From Vitrella brassicaformis CCMP3155 (taxonomy: Eukaryota > Protista > Chromerida): 64,000 nt of DNA. The notes under the pieces were generated by a model. It did no database searches and was not told where the DNA came from. It saw only the letters and a list, made by a program, of their open reading frames with translations. The stretch lies in contig CDMY01000284.1 in NCBI GenBank assembly GCA_001179505.1, positions 76,831-140,830 of the forward strand, given 5' to 3'. A program made the translations under genes and the position numbers. Position 1 is the stretch's first letter; each line of letters starts with the position of its first letter. This document shows positions 62,280-64,000 of the stretch, one piece after another.

Positions 62280-63689
62280 ATCGATTCTGACTCCCTCACC
62301 TCTTGGTTGCCCCCGTTCTGCCCGTTATCGTTGTTTCCGCTCAACCCCGCCCCTCCCTCCCCGCTGCCCATGCTAGCCTCCTCCTCCTCTTCATCTTCTT
62401 CATCCTCCTCATCATCGTCCTCATCGTCTTCGTCTTCATCGCCGATGTCCTCCTCACCGTTACCTACACACACAAACAGAGAGAGAGAGAGAGTGTCGTG
62501 TCCCGGTGTACTAGGTGGTCTGCTGAGTACAAACCGTCTTCCCCCGCCTCCTCCTCCTCCTCCTCCTCCTCGTCTTCATCGTCGTCCTCTTCATCGTCAT
62601 CCTCATCCATGTCGTCATCACCCCTAGCGCCCTCTCCAGCCCCCTCACCCACACCCATGTCTGTGTCGCCGCCGCCGCCGCCGCCGCTGCTGCCGTCCCC
62701 CTGCTGCTGCTGCTGGGCCTGTGCGGCCTCGACTAGGTGCTGGGGTGGCGGCACGAAGGCGTTGGGGTCCTCCTGCTCATCCGTCCAACGAATATTCTTC
62801 ATCACAACCTGATGAAACGAAATGAGAGTGAGATGCGTGTGTGGCGTGTGTGTCTGACTGACTGACCCGTGGTTTGTCGCTGAGTATGCTGCGGGTGAGT
62901 TTGTCAGGGACGGGGTCTTCGGGCGGGTTGGCATCCAGCGCCTCGTCCTCGTAGAAGTTGTTCAGGTAGTAGCCCACCCTATACACAGGCAGGCCGCCAC
63001 AGGCGCACGCGCACACACACAGCCAGACAGACACAGAGGAAGCAATCGTGTGGGCGACTGATCGGCATAGACACAGCCCACCCCACTGCCGTGCGTGGCG
63101 TGGGTACCTGAGGAACTCCTGTTCGTTGTATGCGGCGGTGATAATGACCACCGTGTTGCCCACGACGTCGGACTTCGGGACCTTGCTATAGTCAGGCGCA
63201 CTCGTCTGCACCCACAACACAACACACCAACAACCACACACACAGCCATCCACCTCACTGTCGGCATGAGAGATCTCTCGATGGCTTCCTTGCCTGCAGA
63301 ATGAACCGCATGACGCCGACGGTGAGAGGTCCGAGGAGCACCGACTCGAGCGTCTGGTCGTACTGGTCAAACTGCTGGTCCTCCGCTACGCCTGTGCTGC
63401 CCACATACGTCACCTTCCACTCCAAGTCTGCACCATCACATCACACAAACGCATCGCATCAACACCATCACATCACACAGACGGACGGATGCACCCATCT
63501 CATCTCATCTCGCCGCCACCCAATGAATGCATCCTGGTGGGTGGTGTGGTGTGTGTGGCGTCGGTCGGTCGGTACAGTACCTTTCTCAAGCTGCTGGAGG
63601 CACTCGAATGTGATTTCGAACTCGAAGGGCTGGGTGGCCTTGCAGGGGTTGTTCCGCACACTCACGTTGGTCACGTTGATGGCCGCCAT
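62280..63689 (-). CDS. ASF1: Histone chaperone ASF1 with acidic tail
   Basis: INVTNVSVRNNP...PFEFEITFECL, DLEWKVTYVGS, DQTLESVLLGP, VVIITAAYNEQEFL|RVGYYLNN, RSILSDKPR|V, then a D/E tail. The exact stop is uncertain. Confidence 0.97.
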
Positions 63690-63779
63690 CTGTGTTAGCT
63701 ATGTGCCCCTCAATGCATTGAATCAGACGCTACGACTATTCTTATCTGTCAGGATTGCCAGCTTGGCAAGACGAACTAC

Positions 63780-63788
63780 TGCGAGCTT
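63780..63788 (+). promoter_or_regulatory. TGCGAGCTT motif upstream of ASF1
   Basis: About 90 bp from the ASF1 ATG. Confidence 0.4.
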
Positions 63789-64000
63789 GTGAGCTAGGGT
63801 AGATTGCTGTGTAACGGGTGGAGAGAGGAGAAGACAAGGAAAGACAAGGAAAGCATTCTGAGGAGACACGATCTTATCAGCCATCACCGAAGTGAGATCT
63901 GTGTTGACCACCCTTCATGATGCCATACATGGACAGAAACAACTTTGACTGATTGGCCAGTCCATCGGTCTTATTAAAGTAAAAGCACTCTTACTCTGGG

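Noticed and set aside
1-64000. tRNA, rRNA, snRNA, telomeric repeats or autonomous transposons
   Set aside because: No cloverleaf, rRNA signature, RT/integrase/transposase motifs or telomere arrays recognised by eye; a covariance-model search is needed to exclude small ncRNAs.

Overview
GC-rich, intron-dense eukaryotic DNA with microsatellite-filled short introns and two 300-N gaps. The intron style, an ApiAP2-like gene, a signal+transit peptide leader and an LRR-like family point to a chromerid alveolate, probably Vitrella brassicaformis (inference). By manual splicing I find about 23 gene loci: a decayed modular gene, a frameshifted flavin amine oxidase, a PAN/apple secreted protein, a Dispatched-like RND protein, two secreted low-complexity proteins, two LRR-like paralogues (one with a TLDc-like domain), a divergent TAF6, two NEK kinases, B9D2, an AP2+SAM-like protein, an SDR39U1-type epimerase, a microprotein, two atypical kinases, a hidden HMG-box-like gene and ASF1. 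Main unexplained signals: about ten compact head-to-head gene pairs; a TGCGAGCT(T/G)AGC motif seen only near gene 5' ends; and a ~95-bp hairpin element shared by the 3' regions of two unrelated genes. No rRNA, tRNA, CRISPR array or autonomous transposon was recognised. All family calls come from motif recognition by eye, not database searches.
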